Part shown: positions 1 to 9,852 of the stretch, piece after piece
How the letters are laid out: the number at the start of each line of letters is the position of its first letter
Numbering within the stretch: position 1 is the stretch's first letter
DNA from: an uncultured Nitrososphaerota archaeon
GTDB lineage: Archaea; Thermoproteota; Nitrososphaeria; Nitrososphaerales; Gagatemarchaeaceae
DNA: 64,000 nucleotides
Direction of reading: 5' to 3'
Assembly: GCA_963718895.1 (NCBI GenBank)
Contig: CAVRAG010000008.1
Location: forward strand, 288,001 to 352,000
Notes under the pieces: model-generated
Seen by the model: only the letters and a program-made list of their open reading frames with translations
What the model was told of the DNA's origin: nothing
Databases searched by the model: none
Position numbers and translations under genes: made by a program

Positions 1-135
1 AATTGAATTCGCCGTAAGGTATTGGGCGCCCACTAATCCTTAATTATATAACCATAGTGATAACAATCCGTCCATTCAGCCTAGAAGCGGCGCGGCCCTT
101 ACCGAGCGGCCCGCGCTCGTTCCGAAATTCAATGC

Positions 136-504
136 TCAGCTCAGCTTCACGAATTGCTGTGATTCTGTCAGGGGTGTGACCACGACGGCCGTCCCGAAGG
201 CTATTATCTCGTCCATGGTGTTACCGATCTCCGTCGAGTCGAACATCACACTGATGACGGCGTTCGCCCCTATCTTGCTCGCCTGGTCTGCGAGCCGGTC
301 GAGAGCCTGCTGCCGCGCCTGCATGGCCATCTCCGTGTACTCGTTGATCTCGCCTCCTTTGAGCGTGCGAAGACCCGCCATGATGTTCCCGCCGATCCCC
401 CGCGACCTGACGGTTATTCCGTACACCAGGCCCAGGACTCTGTCGACCTTGTATCCGGTCACGTAGTTGGCGGTCAAGAGAATTGGTTTGCTCGGTGCAG
501 ACAT
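136..504 (-). CDS. YbjQ/UPF0145 family (putative heavy-metal-binding) protein
   Basis: GLVYGITVRSR...GGEINEYT...ARQQALDRL...GANAVISVMFD...EIIAFGTAV signature. Confidence 0.9.
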   Translation of the reverse strand: MSAPSKPILLTANYVTGYKVDRVLGLVYGITVRSRGIGGNIMAGLRTLKGGEINEYTEMAMQARQQALDRLADQASKIGANAVISVMFDSTEIGNTMDEIIAFGTAVVVTPLTESQQFVKLS

Positions 505-591
505 GGGAGAGGCTCGGGCCTGGCTGGGTAGAAAAGGCTTTGGAAAGTCCTCGGAGCTCCGCTAGGTTTGAGCAAAGAAAAACGAGAGGAA

Positions 592-610
592 GGTGCCCCG
601 GGAGGGCACC
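592..610 (-). terminator. Hairpin plus pyrimidine run after GMC gene copy 1
   Basis: GGTGCCC-5nt-GGGCACC stem; T/C-rich run follows on the minus strand. Confidence 0.5.
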
Positions 611-625
611 CTTGTCATGCGCCGG

Positions 626-2494
626 TCAGGTCGGACCGGTCTTTCCGTCGAGCGTTGCGGTGAGGAGTCCGGGGGACGCCAGGTACTTCTGCATGCCCTC
701 GGATGCGATCTGGACCTGGGGACCTGCGATGTGGGTTCCGGATGGGACGGTGTCTCCGGTCGTGTTGTTGACCTCGCCGGCCGCGAAGAGGTTCGGCGCC
801 ATCCAGGCCTGCTGCCACCCGTTGAATACCGAGGAAGACGCGCTGGAACCCACCCTGTTCCCTCCTCTCCAGTGGTGCCCCCACCAGTCGGTGTGGGCCG
901 AGAAGGGCGGGACCACGGTCCCTCCGTTGCTGATGCCGGTCGCCCCCATCTTGTTCAGGAACGCGATGAACGGTGCGTTGCCGGGGCTCGAGGCGAAGTA
1001 TGACGCGCCGAGGTAGCCGTTGGGCGTCCAGTCGTGGGTGATCCTCGCGCACGGGTCTCCCCATGCGTCGACGTAGTGAGGGTCGAGGTCCCAGTAGCTC
1101 GTGGTGTTGGGAAGGTCCGGCGCCACGCCTCCGAAGCCGACGCGCCCGGCCGAGCCGCCTGTGTTGTACTTGTTCTTCTGGGCCGCCTTGAACGTGCTCC
1201 CCTGGCTGCCCGCGCTGACACCGCCGGCTGTGTTCAGGTTTCCGGGTCCACCCCCTCCGTAGCCGCCCGCGCTCTGCTGAGCTCCGCCGATGAAGTTCAG
1301 CCCCGTGTGGTCGAAGTTGTCGTCCATGAAGTCGTAGATGAAGGTGTCCCCGCCCGCCGCGTTGCCGGCCGGGAACGAGTTGAGGCCCATCCCGGCGACC
1401 GAGCCGGACGGACCGCCCGTCGAACTGTATGTCCCGTAACCATAGGTGAGGCCTCTGCCGACCGATCCGGTAACAGCGGTGGGGTCGTAGGGAGCGCCGA
1501 CGCCCGAGATGAGCATCGACCTCGTCTGGTTGTAGCCCCACATGCCGTTGAAGAAGACGGTCCCCGGTTGGACGTGGATGTTGCCCTGGGCGTCATAGTA
1601 CCTGATATCCGCGATGGTACCGTCGGATTTGGTGTCCATCCTGAAGACCTCGCTGTTCAGGACCATCGTGAACTTCCCGGTCTTGATGGCAGCGGGGATG
1701 GACCTGAACGCCGAGTTGGCCTTGGCGCCGGTCTCGCACGGGTAGTTGCAGCTCGAGCCGCACCATCCGTCGTAGACGCACCCGTTAATCTGCACCCCGT
1801 AGGTGTTCATGTACGGCACGGAGGCGAGCGAGCTCACGTGCGGGCACGCGTAGTATCCTAGCGACTCGGCGGTGTCATGGAAGAGCTGACCGAGCGGCGT
1901 GAGCGGGTGGCCGGGCATCGGATAGTTCTTGCTCATTGGCATGGGCGAGCCGTTGACGTTGCCGTTGCCGTCTCCGCAGACGCCAAAAGCCTGCTCCCAG
2001 GCTACGTAGTAGGGCTCGTACTGCGCGTAGGTGAAGGGCCAGTCCTGGGTATCGTCGTTGGGGTTGATGGAAGCGAGGTGACCCGCGCCGTACCTGCTCG
2101 CCGTCGAGGAAGCCATGGTGAAGCCCCATGGGCCTGCCCTACCCATGTTCCCGCCGTAGTGCTGGGCCACTCCACCGACTCCCAAGCCGAGCGAGTGATA
2201 CTGGATCGGGAAGGTGGGCCTCCTTGCTGGGAGCGCGAACTGGTTGACATTGTTCCTGATCGTTGTTGTCTGGAGCGAAGCCGGGAAGTCGAACTTCCTC
2301 TCGAAGCCTATGCCCCACTCGTCGTACTTGTTGGACGCGAAGTCCACTGCGTAGTTCCAGTATGGGCCTCTGGTTACTCCTACCACGTTGTAGCCGGCCA
2401 GGGAGAGCTCGGCCGCGATGGTGCCGCTCATCACTCCGAGTCCCATTAGGACTACGTCTGCGGGCTTTTCCTGAATTACGGTTGACATCTCCAT
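626..2494 (-). CDS. GMC oxidoreductase flavoprotein, gluconate 2-dehydrogenase large-subunit-like (copy 1)
   Basis: N-terminal Rossmann DVVLMGLGVMSG, GLGVGGVAQHYGG, Cys cluster CVYDGWC..C...CETGAK, C-terminal HHWRGGNRVG...NLFAAG. Confidence 0.88.
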   Translation of the reverse strand: MEMSTVIQEKPADVVLMGLGVMSGTIAAELSLAGYNVVGVTRGPYWNYAVDFASNKYDEWGIGFERKFDFPASLQTTTIRNNVNQFALPARRPTFPIQYHSLGLGVGGVAQHYGGNMGRAGPWGFTMASSTASRYGAGHLASINPNDDTQDWPFTYAQYEPYYVAWEQAFGVCGDGNGNVNGSPMPMSKNYPMPGHPLTPLGQLFHDTAESLGYYACPHVSSLASVPYMNTYGVQINGCVYDGWCGSSCNYPCETGAKANSAFRSIPAAIKTGKFTMVLNSEVFRMDTKSDGTIADIRYYDAQGNIHVQPGTVFFNGMWGYNQTRSMLISGVGAPYDPTAVTGSVGRGLTYGYGTYSSTGGPSGSVAGMGLNSFPAGNAAGGDTFIYDFMDDNFDHTGLNFIGGAQQSAGGYGGGGPGNLNTAGGVSAGSQGSTFKAAQKNKYNTGGSAGRVGFGGVAPDLPNTTSYWDLDPHYVDAWGDPCARITHDWTPNGYLGASYFASSPGNAPFIAFLNKMGATGISNGGTVVPPFSAHTDWWGHHWRGGNRVGSSASSSVFNGWQQAWMAPNLFAAGEVNNTTGDTVPSGTHIAGPQVQIASEGMQKYLASPGLLTATLDGKTGPT

Positions 2495-2500
2495 CAGCTC

Positions 2501-3757
2501 CTAGGGGGACCCCTTCTGGTACATCCCGAGGCTTACCGGTTTCAGGGTGATCGGCTTGGTCGAGACCATTATCTGCTTCGTGGTCATCCCCTCGCCGTAG
2601 AAGTTGCCCTGGTTCGCGCCGTTGAAGCCGGTGTAAGTCCAGCCGACCATGTTCCTGTTTCCGCCGTAGACCGGGTCCATGGCAAAGCCTGCCCACGTCA
2701 TGAAGAAGAGCTCGTATGCGAAGTCTGAGGGGAGGATGTTGCTGAACTGTGCGGCGGTCGGCTTGTTGCTCCACAGGTCGGTGAGGCACGCAGTTTGGTT
2801 CGCGGCCGAGAGTTTCTCGAAGTTTCCACCGTAGGCTGCGTTGGCGTAGGTCTGGATTCCTGCCAAGCTTAACCTCCAGAACTCCCTCTTGTTCCAAGTG
2901 TACTGGTACCGCGTTCCTGCTCCGACCCTAACGTTAGCGGTAGGTTGGTACTTGACCGTGTAGGTTGTGGTGCCTACGTTGTAGTTGACGGTTGCGCCGT
3001 TGTAGGTGACACCGTCGACTGTTATCGGTGTCGCGACGTTCGCGGCGATGTAGGGAGCGCCCACGTAGTTGTTACCGTCGTTCCCGTACATCCCCTTCAG
3101 CTGATGGTCTATGAAGTAGGCACATCCGGCCTCGGCCGCCCCGGGTCCACTGCTGTCCGTCGGGATGATCGCTGAGACAATCGCCTGAAGCTCGACCTGC
3201 TCGTTGGTGTTCAAGACGAGGAATACAGAGTCAGAGTCGACGCTGGTCTGGAGCGTCCCAACCTGAGATGTCAGTGCCGACACCTGCGAGTTCGCGCTTG
3301 TCACCGCCGAGTTCAACGATGTCACTTGGCCGTTGAGGGAGGTAATCTGGCCGTTGGCACTCGTGAGCGCCTGCTGGGTCGCAGTGAGCTGCGAGTTGGC
3401 GCTGCTTAGCTGCGAGGTCACTCCGGTCAGCTGCGAGTTGGCGCTGCTCAGCTGGGCCTGGGTCGACGTCAGCTGGTTGTTCAGCGAGGAGACCTGCCCC
3501 TGCGCTGAGCTGAGCTGAGATGCCGTGGAGTTGAGCTGGTTCTGCGTCGAACTGAGCGCCTCCTGGGTGGAGGAGAGCTGGTTCTGCAGAGATGCTACGG
3601 TGCTGCTCGAGTTGCTATTATTCGAACCTACCAGGCCGTTGTAGTATGCGACACTTGCAACGCCTGCCACTGCTGCGCCAGCGACAACGCCGGCGCCGAT
3701 CTTAAGGAAGGTCCTGCGGTCGCCCTCCTTACTGATTGGCTTCCCACTGTCAGCCAT
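2501..3757 (-). CDS. Gluconate 2-dehydrogenase subunit 3 (gamma)-family protein with Tat signal and coiled-coil stalk (copy 1)
   Basis: DRRTFLK twin-arginine motif, heptad repeats, IIPTD..GPGA.EAG..YFIDHQL and F.MDPVYGGNRNMVGW...GF.G motifs; start taken from paralog (MADSGK). Confidence 0.85.
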   Translation of the reverse strand: MADSGKPISKEGDRRTFLKIGAGVVAGAAVAGVASVAYYNGLVGSNNSNSSSTVASLQNQLSSTQEALSSTQNQLNSTASQLSSAQGQVSSLNNQLTSTQAQLSSANSQLTGVTSQLSSANSQLTATQQALTSANGQITSLNGQVTSLNSAVTSANSQVSALTSQVGTLQTSVDSDSVFLVLNTNEQVELQAIVSAIIPTDSSGPGAAEAGCAYFIDHQLKGMYGNDGNNYVGAPYIAANVATPITVDGVTYNGATVNYNVGTTTYTVKYQPTANVRVGAGTRYQYTWNKREFWRLSLAGIQTYANAAYGGNFEKLSAANQTACLTDLWSNKPTAAQFSNILPSDFAYELFFMTWAGFAMDPVYGGNRNMVGWTYTGFNGANQGNFYGEGMTTKQIMVSTKPITLKPVSLGMYQKGSP

Positions 3758-4014
3758 CCGGCCTCGTGGTTCAGTTGTCATCTTTATAAATTATGTGATA
3801 ATAAATCACTGCTTCTTGGAGAATTCCCCGTTTTTGGTCTGGATTTTCATGCTCTAATCCCACCCGCGATAGATTGTACCCGAGATCAGGACCAGATTCC
3901 TCCGTCTCCGAGCGGTCGGTGCCACGGGAACCCTGCAGGTCCATCTAAGGGAGGGATGACCAAGAGCTCGCATGAGCACAACTATAACTACAACTCGTCT
4001 GAGCCGAGGATTGT

Positions 4015-4362
4015 ATGCCGGACCTCTGGATGGGACCGAACTTATTCAGGTTCGAGCAGGTCGTGATAGAGCGCTTGATCAGCCCGGGGGAACCTGGGAA
4101 CTATGTTCTTGGATTCAAGGACGAGTCAGGCGAGTTCCTCCCCAGATTCATCGGGAGGTCTGACTCTGACCTAAGGGCGGAGATGACCGCCAGGCTCTCG
4201 ACCATGAACTACCCCTACTTCAAGTTCAGTTTGGCCAACCCGAAGTTAGCCTTCGAGACAGAGTGCGCCCAGTTTCACAACTTCCGCGGGCAGCTGGACA
4301 ACAAGACCCATCCGTCGAGGCCTGTCGGATCAGAACTCAAATGCTTCCTCTGCGGCCTCTGA
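4015..4362 (+). CDS. Small hypothetical protein, GIY-YIG-like fold with C-terminal CxxC
   Basis: PGNYVLG...FIGRSDSDL...AFETEC...LDN pattern; ends KCFLCG. Confidence 0.55.
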   Translation: MPDLWMGPNLFRFEQVVIERLISPGEPGNYVLGFKDESGEFLPRFIGRSDSDLRAEMTARLSTMNYPYFKFSLANPKLAFETECAQFHNFRGQLDNKTHPSRPVGSELKCFLCGL

Positions 4363-4374
4363 GCGCCGATCGGC

Positions 4375-4977
4375 TCAGTGGTCGTGGTGCTTCTGCAGGA
4401 CAGCGTCTGATACGAGTTTGACTCGGTCGAGCCAGCCCAAGCCTAGGTATAACTCGCTCTTCAGCGACAGAGGAACGAGCGGGAGCTTCCCGCCAGGGAT
4501 GTAGGTGTAGTCGGCGGTGTAGTCCAAGGGGTCACCCCACTCCCACTCGCCAACCTTGATCTGCTCGTCACCGTGTATCTCCACCTTGTACCCGTCGATG
4601 GTGAGTTCGGCGTAGTAGCTCTTTGTGTAGACCGGGAGCATCTTTCCATCTATGTCAGCCTCTTTCGTGAGCTTCCACTCGACCACCGCCGGCGCAAGCG
4701 TCAGATACTGGGCCAGCACCTTGCAGATCTCCTCGCAACCCTCTTTTGTTGTTAGTATCTCCAAGAAGTCGGGATTGACGTTCACGCCCATCATTACCTC
4801 GCCCGAATCACCGCCCACTGCCCACTTGGCCTTGACGTTGTTCCTAAGCCTCTCGAGAACCTTGGTCGCTGTCTTTAGGAGCGGTGCGGGCACTATCACT
4901 ACCTCATCCGGTTTGGGGACCCTGCTGTTGATTACGTCGATCTCTGGGGCCGGATTCTTTCTGGGCGCGTTGAGCAA
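4375..4977 (-). CDS. Nucleotidyltransferase-fold hypothetical protein
   Basis: WAVGGD...GVNVNPDFLEILT and VEIHGD resemble NTase-superfamily motifs. Confidence 0.55.
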   Translation of the reverse strand: MLNAPRKNPAPEIDVINSRVPKPDEVVIVPAPLLKTATKVLERLRNNVKAKWAVGGDSGEVMMGVNVNPDFLEILTTKEGCEEICKVLAQYLTLAPAVVEWKLTKEADIDGKMLPVYTKSYYAELTIDGYKVEIHGDEQIKVGEWEWGDPLDYTADYTYIPGGKLPLVPLSLKSELYLGLGWLDRVKLVSDAVLQKHHDH

Positions 4978-5115
4978 TTCTATCTATCGCTGGGTCCTTC
5001 GTCGGGGGGAGATATTAGCTCTTCTGGGGGACCATCGTGGAGCATCGTCCCTCTCTCCGGTCGGAGGAAAGGGTAGACTGTCGCCGTCGGCTTGTCACAG
5101 AACCGCCCTCGTGCT

Positions 5116-5286
5116 TCACTCGTTCTGATAACAATCGTGCGCCCACGTGCCGATATGAACCACGCAGAAGTCCTTCAGACACACAGTGCACTGGAAGACT
5201 TGTTTTGCGGGTTTCTCGGGGCCACAGAGATCGCAGATGAAAGATGGCTGCGTCTCCCCTGTTACTTCCGCCTCTTTCCCGGTCAT
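5116..5286 (-). CDS. Stand-alone AN1-type zinc-finger microprotein (copy A)
   Basis: C-x2-C-x11-C-x2-C-x4-C-x2-H-x5-H-x-C. Confidence 0.7.
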   Translation of the reverse strand: MTGKEAEVTGETQPSFICDLCGPEKPAKQVFQCTVCLKDFCVVHIGTWAHDCYQNE

Positions 5287-5534
5287 AGTATTGGGCAGAC
5301 TCGGTCTCTTAGAAAAAATTATCGGTCTTTCGACCAATCGCCGCGATGGGGCTTCAAGTCGACAGATGGGTTACCGCGCGGTCGGATATCCGGTGAAAGC
5401 ATCCTAGTTTAGGCAGGACGCCCGGCAAACAGATTTCCCACATTGCTGGAGGCGCTAGTCGAGACGCGAACACTCTTGCGTCGCCCGATGATCGAGTAGA
5501 ACTGGTTTGAAGCCGGGTTAACACGACCAGAATT

Positions 5535-5792
5535 TCATCCGGATACGCCAATTGACTGGGGCTTACCCAGGGCGCCGAAGCAGTAGTGCGCCATTGGGGC
5601 AAGATGTCTGACGCAGTAATTCAGCGTGCAAAGGGTGCACTGGAATACTTCCTCAACTGGCTTCTCTGGCCCACAGCACTCGCAGACGAAGGTTTGACGC
5701 CCCTTCGCAGGAGCGTTAGCGGGACCCGAGGTTTCGGAGGCGTCACGGTCTCCGGCCTTGGCTCCAACCGGGTCTGCTTGTTTCTCAGACAT
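5535..5792 (-). CDS. Stand-alone AN1-type zinc-finger microprotein (copy B)
   Basis: Same Cys/His spacing and shared CGPEKP...VFQCT segment with copy A. Confidence 0.7.
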   Translation of the reverse strand: MSEKQADPVGAKAGDRDASETSGPANAPAKGRQTFVCECCGPEKPVEEVFQCTLCTLNYCVRHLAPMAHYCFGALGKPQSIGVSG

Positions 5793-6169
5793 GACCAAAC
5801 GTCGAGTCACCGCACTAAATAAATCATGAGCCGTGGTTTCGAATTCGGGCCAGTGGCTCCGCGATCCTCACTCCGTCATCTAGGCTCCGGCGATTCTGAT
5901 GGCGGGGTCGCGGCGGACGGCGGCGGTACTCCGTTATTTCCAAGAGACCCGTTTAGGCTGTTGCAATTCATGCCTGCAGGGGTGGGATAACGGCGGAACC
6001 GTGAGCGCTCTCGGACTGCAGATCCTCGCCCAGGCGATGCGAGCTGAGAGTTGAGGTTCACCATTCAGAAACTGGCTCAGCAGCCAACTGCGAAGGCTTC
6101 ATCGAGACTCAGAGAACAACCAAGCGGACGGATCACTGGAGCTAAGAATCTTAGAAAATGAGGAAGAAA

Positions 6170-6190
6170 AGGTGCCTCGTTCAGGCACCT
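6170..6190 (-). terminator. Hairpin plus pyrimidine run after GMC gene copy 2
   Basis: AGGTGCCT-5nt-AGGCACCT, followed by TTTCTTCCTCATTTTCT on the minus strand. Confidence 0.5.
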
Positions 6191-6213
6191 CTCCTTTGTC
6201 GTCGCCTACTCGA

Positions 6214-8076
6214 CTATGCGAGTAGGCCGGGACTCTTCAAGTACATCTGTATGCCTTCGGACGCCACTTCGGACTGCATCCCTGCCTGGTGCGTCCCAGA
6301 TGGGACTGTGTCGCCCGTTGTGTTGTTGCATTCGCCCGCGGCGAACAGGTTCGGCGCCGTCCAAGACTGCTGCCATTTGTTGAATGTGGACGAGCTTGCA
6401 GACGAGCCCACCCTGTTACCTCCTCTGATGTGGTGTCCCCACCAGTCGTTGTGCGCTGAGTAGGGCGCTACGGCTGTGGTTCCTCCTGTGGAGATGCTCT
6501 GTGCGCCTAGCTTGTTCAGGATGGCAAGGAACGCAACGTTCCCGGCTGAGGATGCGAAGTAGGTGGCCGCCTGATAGGGGTTCGGAGTCCATTCGTGCGT
6601 TATTCTTGGTAGTGGGTCTCCCCAGAGGTCGCTGTAGTGCGGGTCGAGGTCCCACATGTTCATCGTGTTGGGAAGGTCTGGAGCCATTCCTCCGAAGCCC
6701 ACGCGGGCCGCGGTGCCGCCCGAAGTGTACCTGTTCTGAAGGGTCTTCTTGTATGCGCTGCCTTGGCTGCCAGAGCTCGCACCGCCGGCGGTGGACACGT
6801 TTGTCGGACCGCTCCCTGAGTAGCCTCCTGCTGACTGCTCGGAGCCTCCGATGAAGCTCAGCCCGGTGTGGTCGAAGCCGTCGTCCATGAACTCGTAGAG
6901 GGTGTAACCTCCGCCCCCGTTTCCTGCGATGGAGTTGAGGCCTAGCCCTGGGATTGAGCCGCTCGGGCCCGCGGTACCGGTGAACGGAAGGTAGCCGTTG
7001 GTGTAACCCCTTCCTACTGTCCCCGTGACCGTGGTGGAGTTATACGGGACGCCTACTCCTGAGTTCAGCATTGCTCTGACTTGGTTCCCGCCGTGAAGGC
7101 CGTTGAAGAAGGCGGTGCCTGGTTGGATGTGGACGTTTCCTGACGCGTCGTAGTAGCGGATCTGTGTGATCTTCCCTGTGCTGTCCGTGTCCATCCTGAA
7201 GACCTGGCTGTTCAGGGACAGGGTGAATTTACCGGTCTTGACCGCCGCTGGGACGCTTCTGAAGGCCGAGTTGCCCTTGGCACCGGTCTCGCAGACGAAG
7301 TTGCATCCTCCGCCTGTGCACCATCCTTCGTAGACGCAGCCGTTGATCTGGACGCCGTACGGGTTTACGTAGGGTTCAGACGCTAGCGAGCTCGTCGACG
7401 GGAATGGGTTGTAGCCCATCGCCTCAGTGGTGTCATGGAACAGCTTTCCGAGGGGCGTGTCTGGGTGGCCGGGAAGAGGATAGTTCTTGCTCATTGCGAT
7501 CGGGGTGCCGCCGGCGGCGCTCCCGATTGAACCTCCGCTCCCCGTGCTTCCGGCTCCATTGCCGCTCAGCCCGAAGTTCTGCTCCCACGCCGTGTAGTAT
7601 GGCTCGTACTCGGCGTAGGTCATCGGCCAGTCCTGGGTATCGTCGAACGGGTTGATTGACGCGAGGAAACCGGCTCCATATCTGTTCGCCGTGGATGAGG
7701 CCATTGAGAAGCCCCACGGACTGTTTCGGCCCATTGCGCCGCCGTAGTGATGCGCCGCTCCGCCTACCCCCAATCCGAAGTTGTGATATTGGATCGGGAA
7801 CGTCGCACGCCTGACCGGGAGAGCGAACTGGGTGTTGTTGTTGCGAATCGTCTGGGCTCCCCAGGAGTATGGGACGTCGAACTTCCTTTCCCACTGGATG
7901 CCCCATTCGTCGTACTTGGTGGTCGCGAAGTCCGTGGTGTAGTTCCAGTATGGACCCCTCGTGACCCCCGCGACCTTGTACCCTGCAAGGGTAAGCTCGG
8001 CCGCGATTGTCCCGCTCACTACCCCGACGCCCATCAGGACGACGTCGGCCGTTGGTTCCGTTATTACAGTGGACAT
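6214..8076 (-). CDS. GMC oxidoreductase flavoprotein (copy 2)
   Basis: Close paralog of 626..2494 with the same motifs. Confidence 0.88.
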   Translation of the reverse strand: MSTVITEPTADVVLMGVGVVSGTIAAELTLAGYKVAGVTRGPYWNYTTDFATTKYDEWGIQWERKFDVPYSWGAQTIRNNNTQFALPVRRATFPIQYHNFGLGVGGAAHHYGGAMGRNSPWGFSMASSTANRYGAGFLASINPFDDTQDWPMTYAEYEPYYTAWEQNFGLSGNGAGSTGSGGSIGSAAGGTPIAMSKNYPLPGHPDTPLGKLFHDTTEAMGYNPFPSTSSLASEPYVNPYGVQINGCVYEGWCTGGGCNFVCETGAKGNSAFRSVPAAVKTGKFTLSLNSQVFRMDTDSTGKITQIRYYDASGNVHIQPGTAFFNGLHGGNQVRAMLNSGVGVPYNSTTVTGTVGRGYTNGYLPFTGTAGPSGSIPGLGLNSIAGNGGGGYTLYEFMDDGFDHTGLSFIGGSEQSAGGYSGSGPTNVSTAGGASSGSQGSAYKKTLQNRYTSGGTAARVGFGGMAPDLPNTMNMWDLDPHYSDLWGDPLPRITHEWTPNPYQAATYFASSAGNVAFLAILNKLGAQSISTGGTTAVAPYSAHNDWWGHHIRGGNRVGSSASSSTFNKWQQSWTAPNLFAAGECNNTTGDTVPSGTHQAGMQSEVASEGIQMYLKSPGLLA

Positions 8077-8088
8077 CTCAATCAGCTC

Positions 8089-9441
8089 CTACGGGGACCC
8101 CTTCTGGTACTGACCGAGGCTCGCTGGCTTGAGTGTGATTGGAGTAGTCGCGACCATGAGCTGCTTCGATGTGTATCCTTCGTTGTAGAAGTTGCCCAGG
8201 TTCACGCCGTGGAACCCGACGTAGGACCAGCCGACCATGCCCTTGTTGCCACCGTAGACTGGGTCGACCCAGAAGCCGTTCCACACCATGAAGAACAGCT
8301 CGTATGCGAAGTCGGATGGAAGTACGGCTCCGAACTGCGTTCCTCCCGGAACCCCTGCTGCCGGAGAGTTGACGCCGTTGATTACTTCTTGGTAGCCGCC
8401 CGCAGCTCCACCTGTTATGGCACCACCGGCACCGTCGTAGGTCGGCTTGTTGTTCCATAGGTCGGTGAGACAGGCTGTCTGATTGGCAGCGGAGAGGGTC
8501 TCGAAGTTTCCGCCGTAGGCGGCGTTGGCGTACGCCTGGACTCCTGCTAAGCCTATCGTCCAGAACTGCTTCATGTCAAACGGGTACTGATAGCGGCTGC
8601 CTGCGCCGACCCTGACGTTGGCGGTCGGGGGGTACTTCACCGTGTATGTGTTGGTTCCGTTCTTGTAAGTGACGGATCCTCCAGGGTAAGTGATTCCATC
8701 CACGGTTATTGAGGTCGCCACGTTCGAGGGGATGAATGGTGCACTTCTGTAGACGAGCCCGCTCGTCCCATATGTGTTCTTGAGCTGGCGGTCGATGAAG
8801 TAGATTGCGCCCGCCTCCTTGGCGCCGGGTCCGGTGCTGTCAGACGGGATTATCGCTTCACAGATTGCCTCCAGTTCCACCTGCTCCGTTGAACTTAACG
8901 AGAGAAACGCGCTGTTCTCGTCGAGACCGGCTTGGAGGGCCGAAACTTGGCTGGTCGCGCTTGTCACAGCCGAGTTCAGCGATGTGACTTGGGTGTTTAG
9001 GGAGGTGATCTGCCCGTTCGCGCTCGAAAGCGCCTGCTGGGTCGCCGTTAGCTGAGAGTTCGCGCTCGTTAGCTGAGAGTTCGCGCTGCTTAGCTGTGAG
9101 GTCACTCCGGTCAGCTGCGAGTTGGCGCTGCTGAGCTGGGCCTGGGTCGAGGTCAGCTGGTTGTTCAGCGAGGAGACCTGCCCCTGCGCTGCGCTGAGCT
9201 GAGATGCGGTCGAGTTGAGCTGGTTCTGCGTAGAACTGAGCTGCTCCTGCGTGGAGGAGAGCTGGTTCTGCAGAGAGGCCACCGCGCTGCTCGAACTACT
9301 ACTGTTCGAGCCTATCGCGCCGTTGTAGTATGCCACTGCTGCAACACCCGCTACGGCGGCACCTGCGACAACGCCGGCGCCGATTTTGAGGAAGGTTCTT
9401 CGATCGCCTTCCTTGGTCATTGGCTTGCCACTGTCAGCCAT
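8089..9441 (-). CDS. Gluconate 2-dehydrogenase subunit 3-family protein with Tat signal and coiled-coil stalk (copy 2)
   Basis: Paralog of 2501..3757; RRTFLK, heptads, DPVYGGNKGMVGW. Confidence 0.85.
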   Translation of the reverse strand: MADSGKPMTKEGDRRTFLKIGAGVVAGAAVAGVAAVAYYNGAIGSNSSSSSSAVASLQNQLSSTQEQLSSTQNQLNSTASQLSAAQGQVSSLNNQLTSTQAQLSSANSQLTGVTSQLSSANSQLTSANSQLTATQQALSSANGQITSLNTQVTSLNSAVTSATSQVSALQAGLDENSAFLSLSSTEQVELEAICEAIIPSDSTGPGAKEAGAIYFIDRQLKNTYGTSGLVYRSAPFIPSNVATSITVDGITYPGGSVTYKNGTNTYTVKYPPTANVRVGAGSRYQYPFDMKQFWTIGLAGVQAYANAAYGGNFETLSAANQTACLTDLWNNKPTYDGAGGAITGGAAGGYQEVINGVNSPAAGVPGGTQFGAVLPSDFAYELFFMVWNGFWVDPVYGGNKGMVGWSYVGFHGVNLGNFYNEGYTSKQLMVATTPITLKPASLGQYQKGSP

Positions 9442-9451
9442 TGCGTAAACG

Positions 9452-9495
9452 TATGTTATATTCCCATATTTAGGCCTTTACATATGTTATATTCC
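9452..9495. promoter_or_regulatory. 13-bp direct repeats flanking the TATA box of GMC operon 2
   Basis: TATGTTATATTCC at 9452-9464 and 9483-9495 around minus-strand TAAATAT (9466-9472). Confidence 0.6.
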
Positions 9496-9852
9496 TGCAA
9501 GTGGTCACAAATCTACTCGAAATCCGCAGGGCTTTCCCAAGCCGGCGCTCTTCCTGCTGGACGATCCTACCGGGAGAAGAACACTTTGGGACCAATTGCA
9601 GCGAAGTGCAATCAATCCAGACAGAACGTCCACAACTGATTGCATTCTATTGTGCACGGCTCATGGACCGAGGGTTCTGGATTCACGATCAAGTCTCAAA
9701 GCCGTCGCAACTCCCGCGAGTGAAGTGCCTTCACTGGGTTCGTCTGTCAGAGCAGACTGAATCTCCTGACTTGATCGCTGAACGACGCCATCGAGAGACT
9801 AATCGCGGGCGCGGGTGGCGCGGGCTCGACGCGAGAGGAAGAGGTTCTGGGT

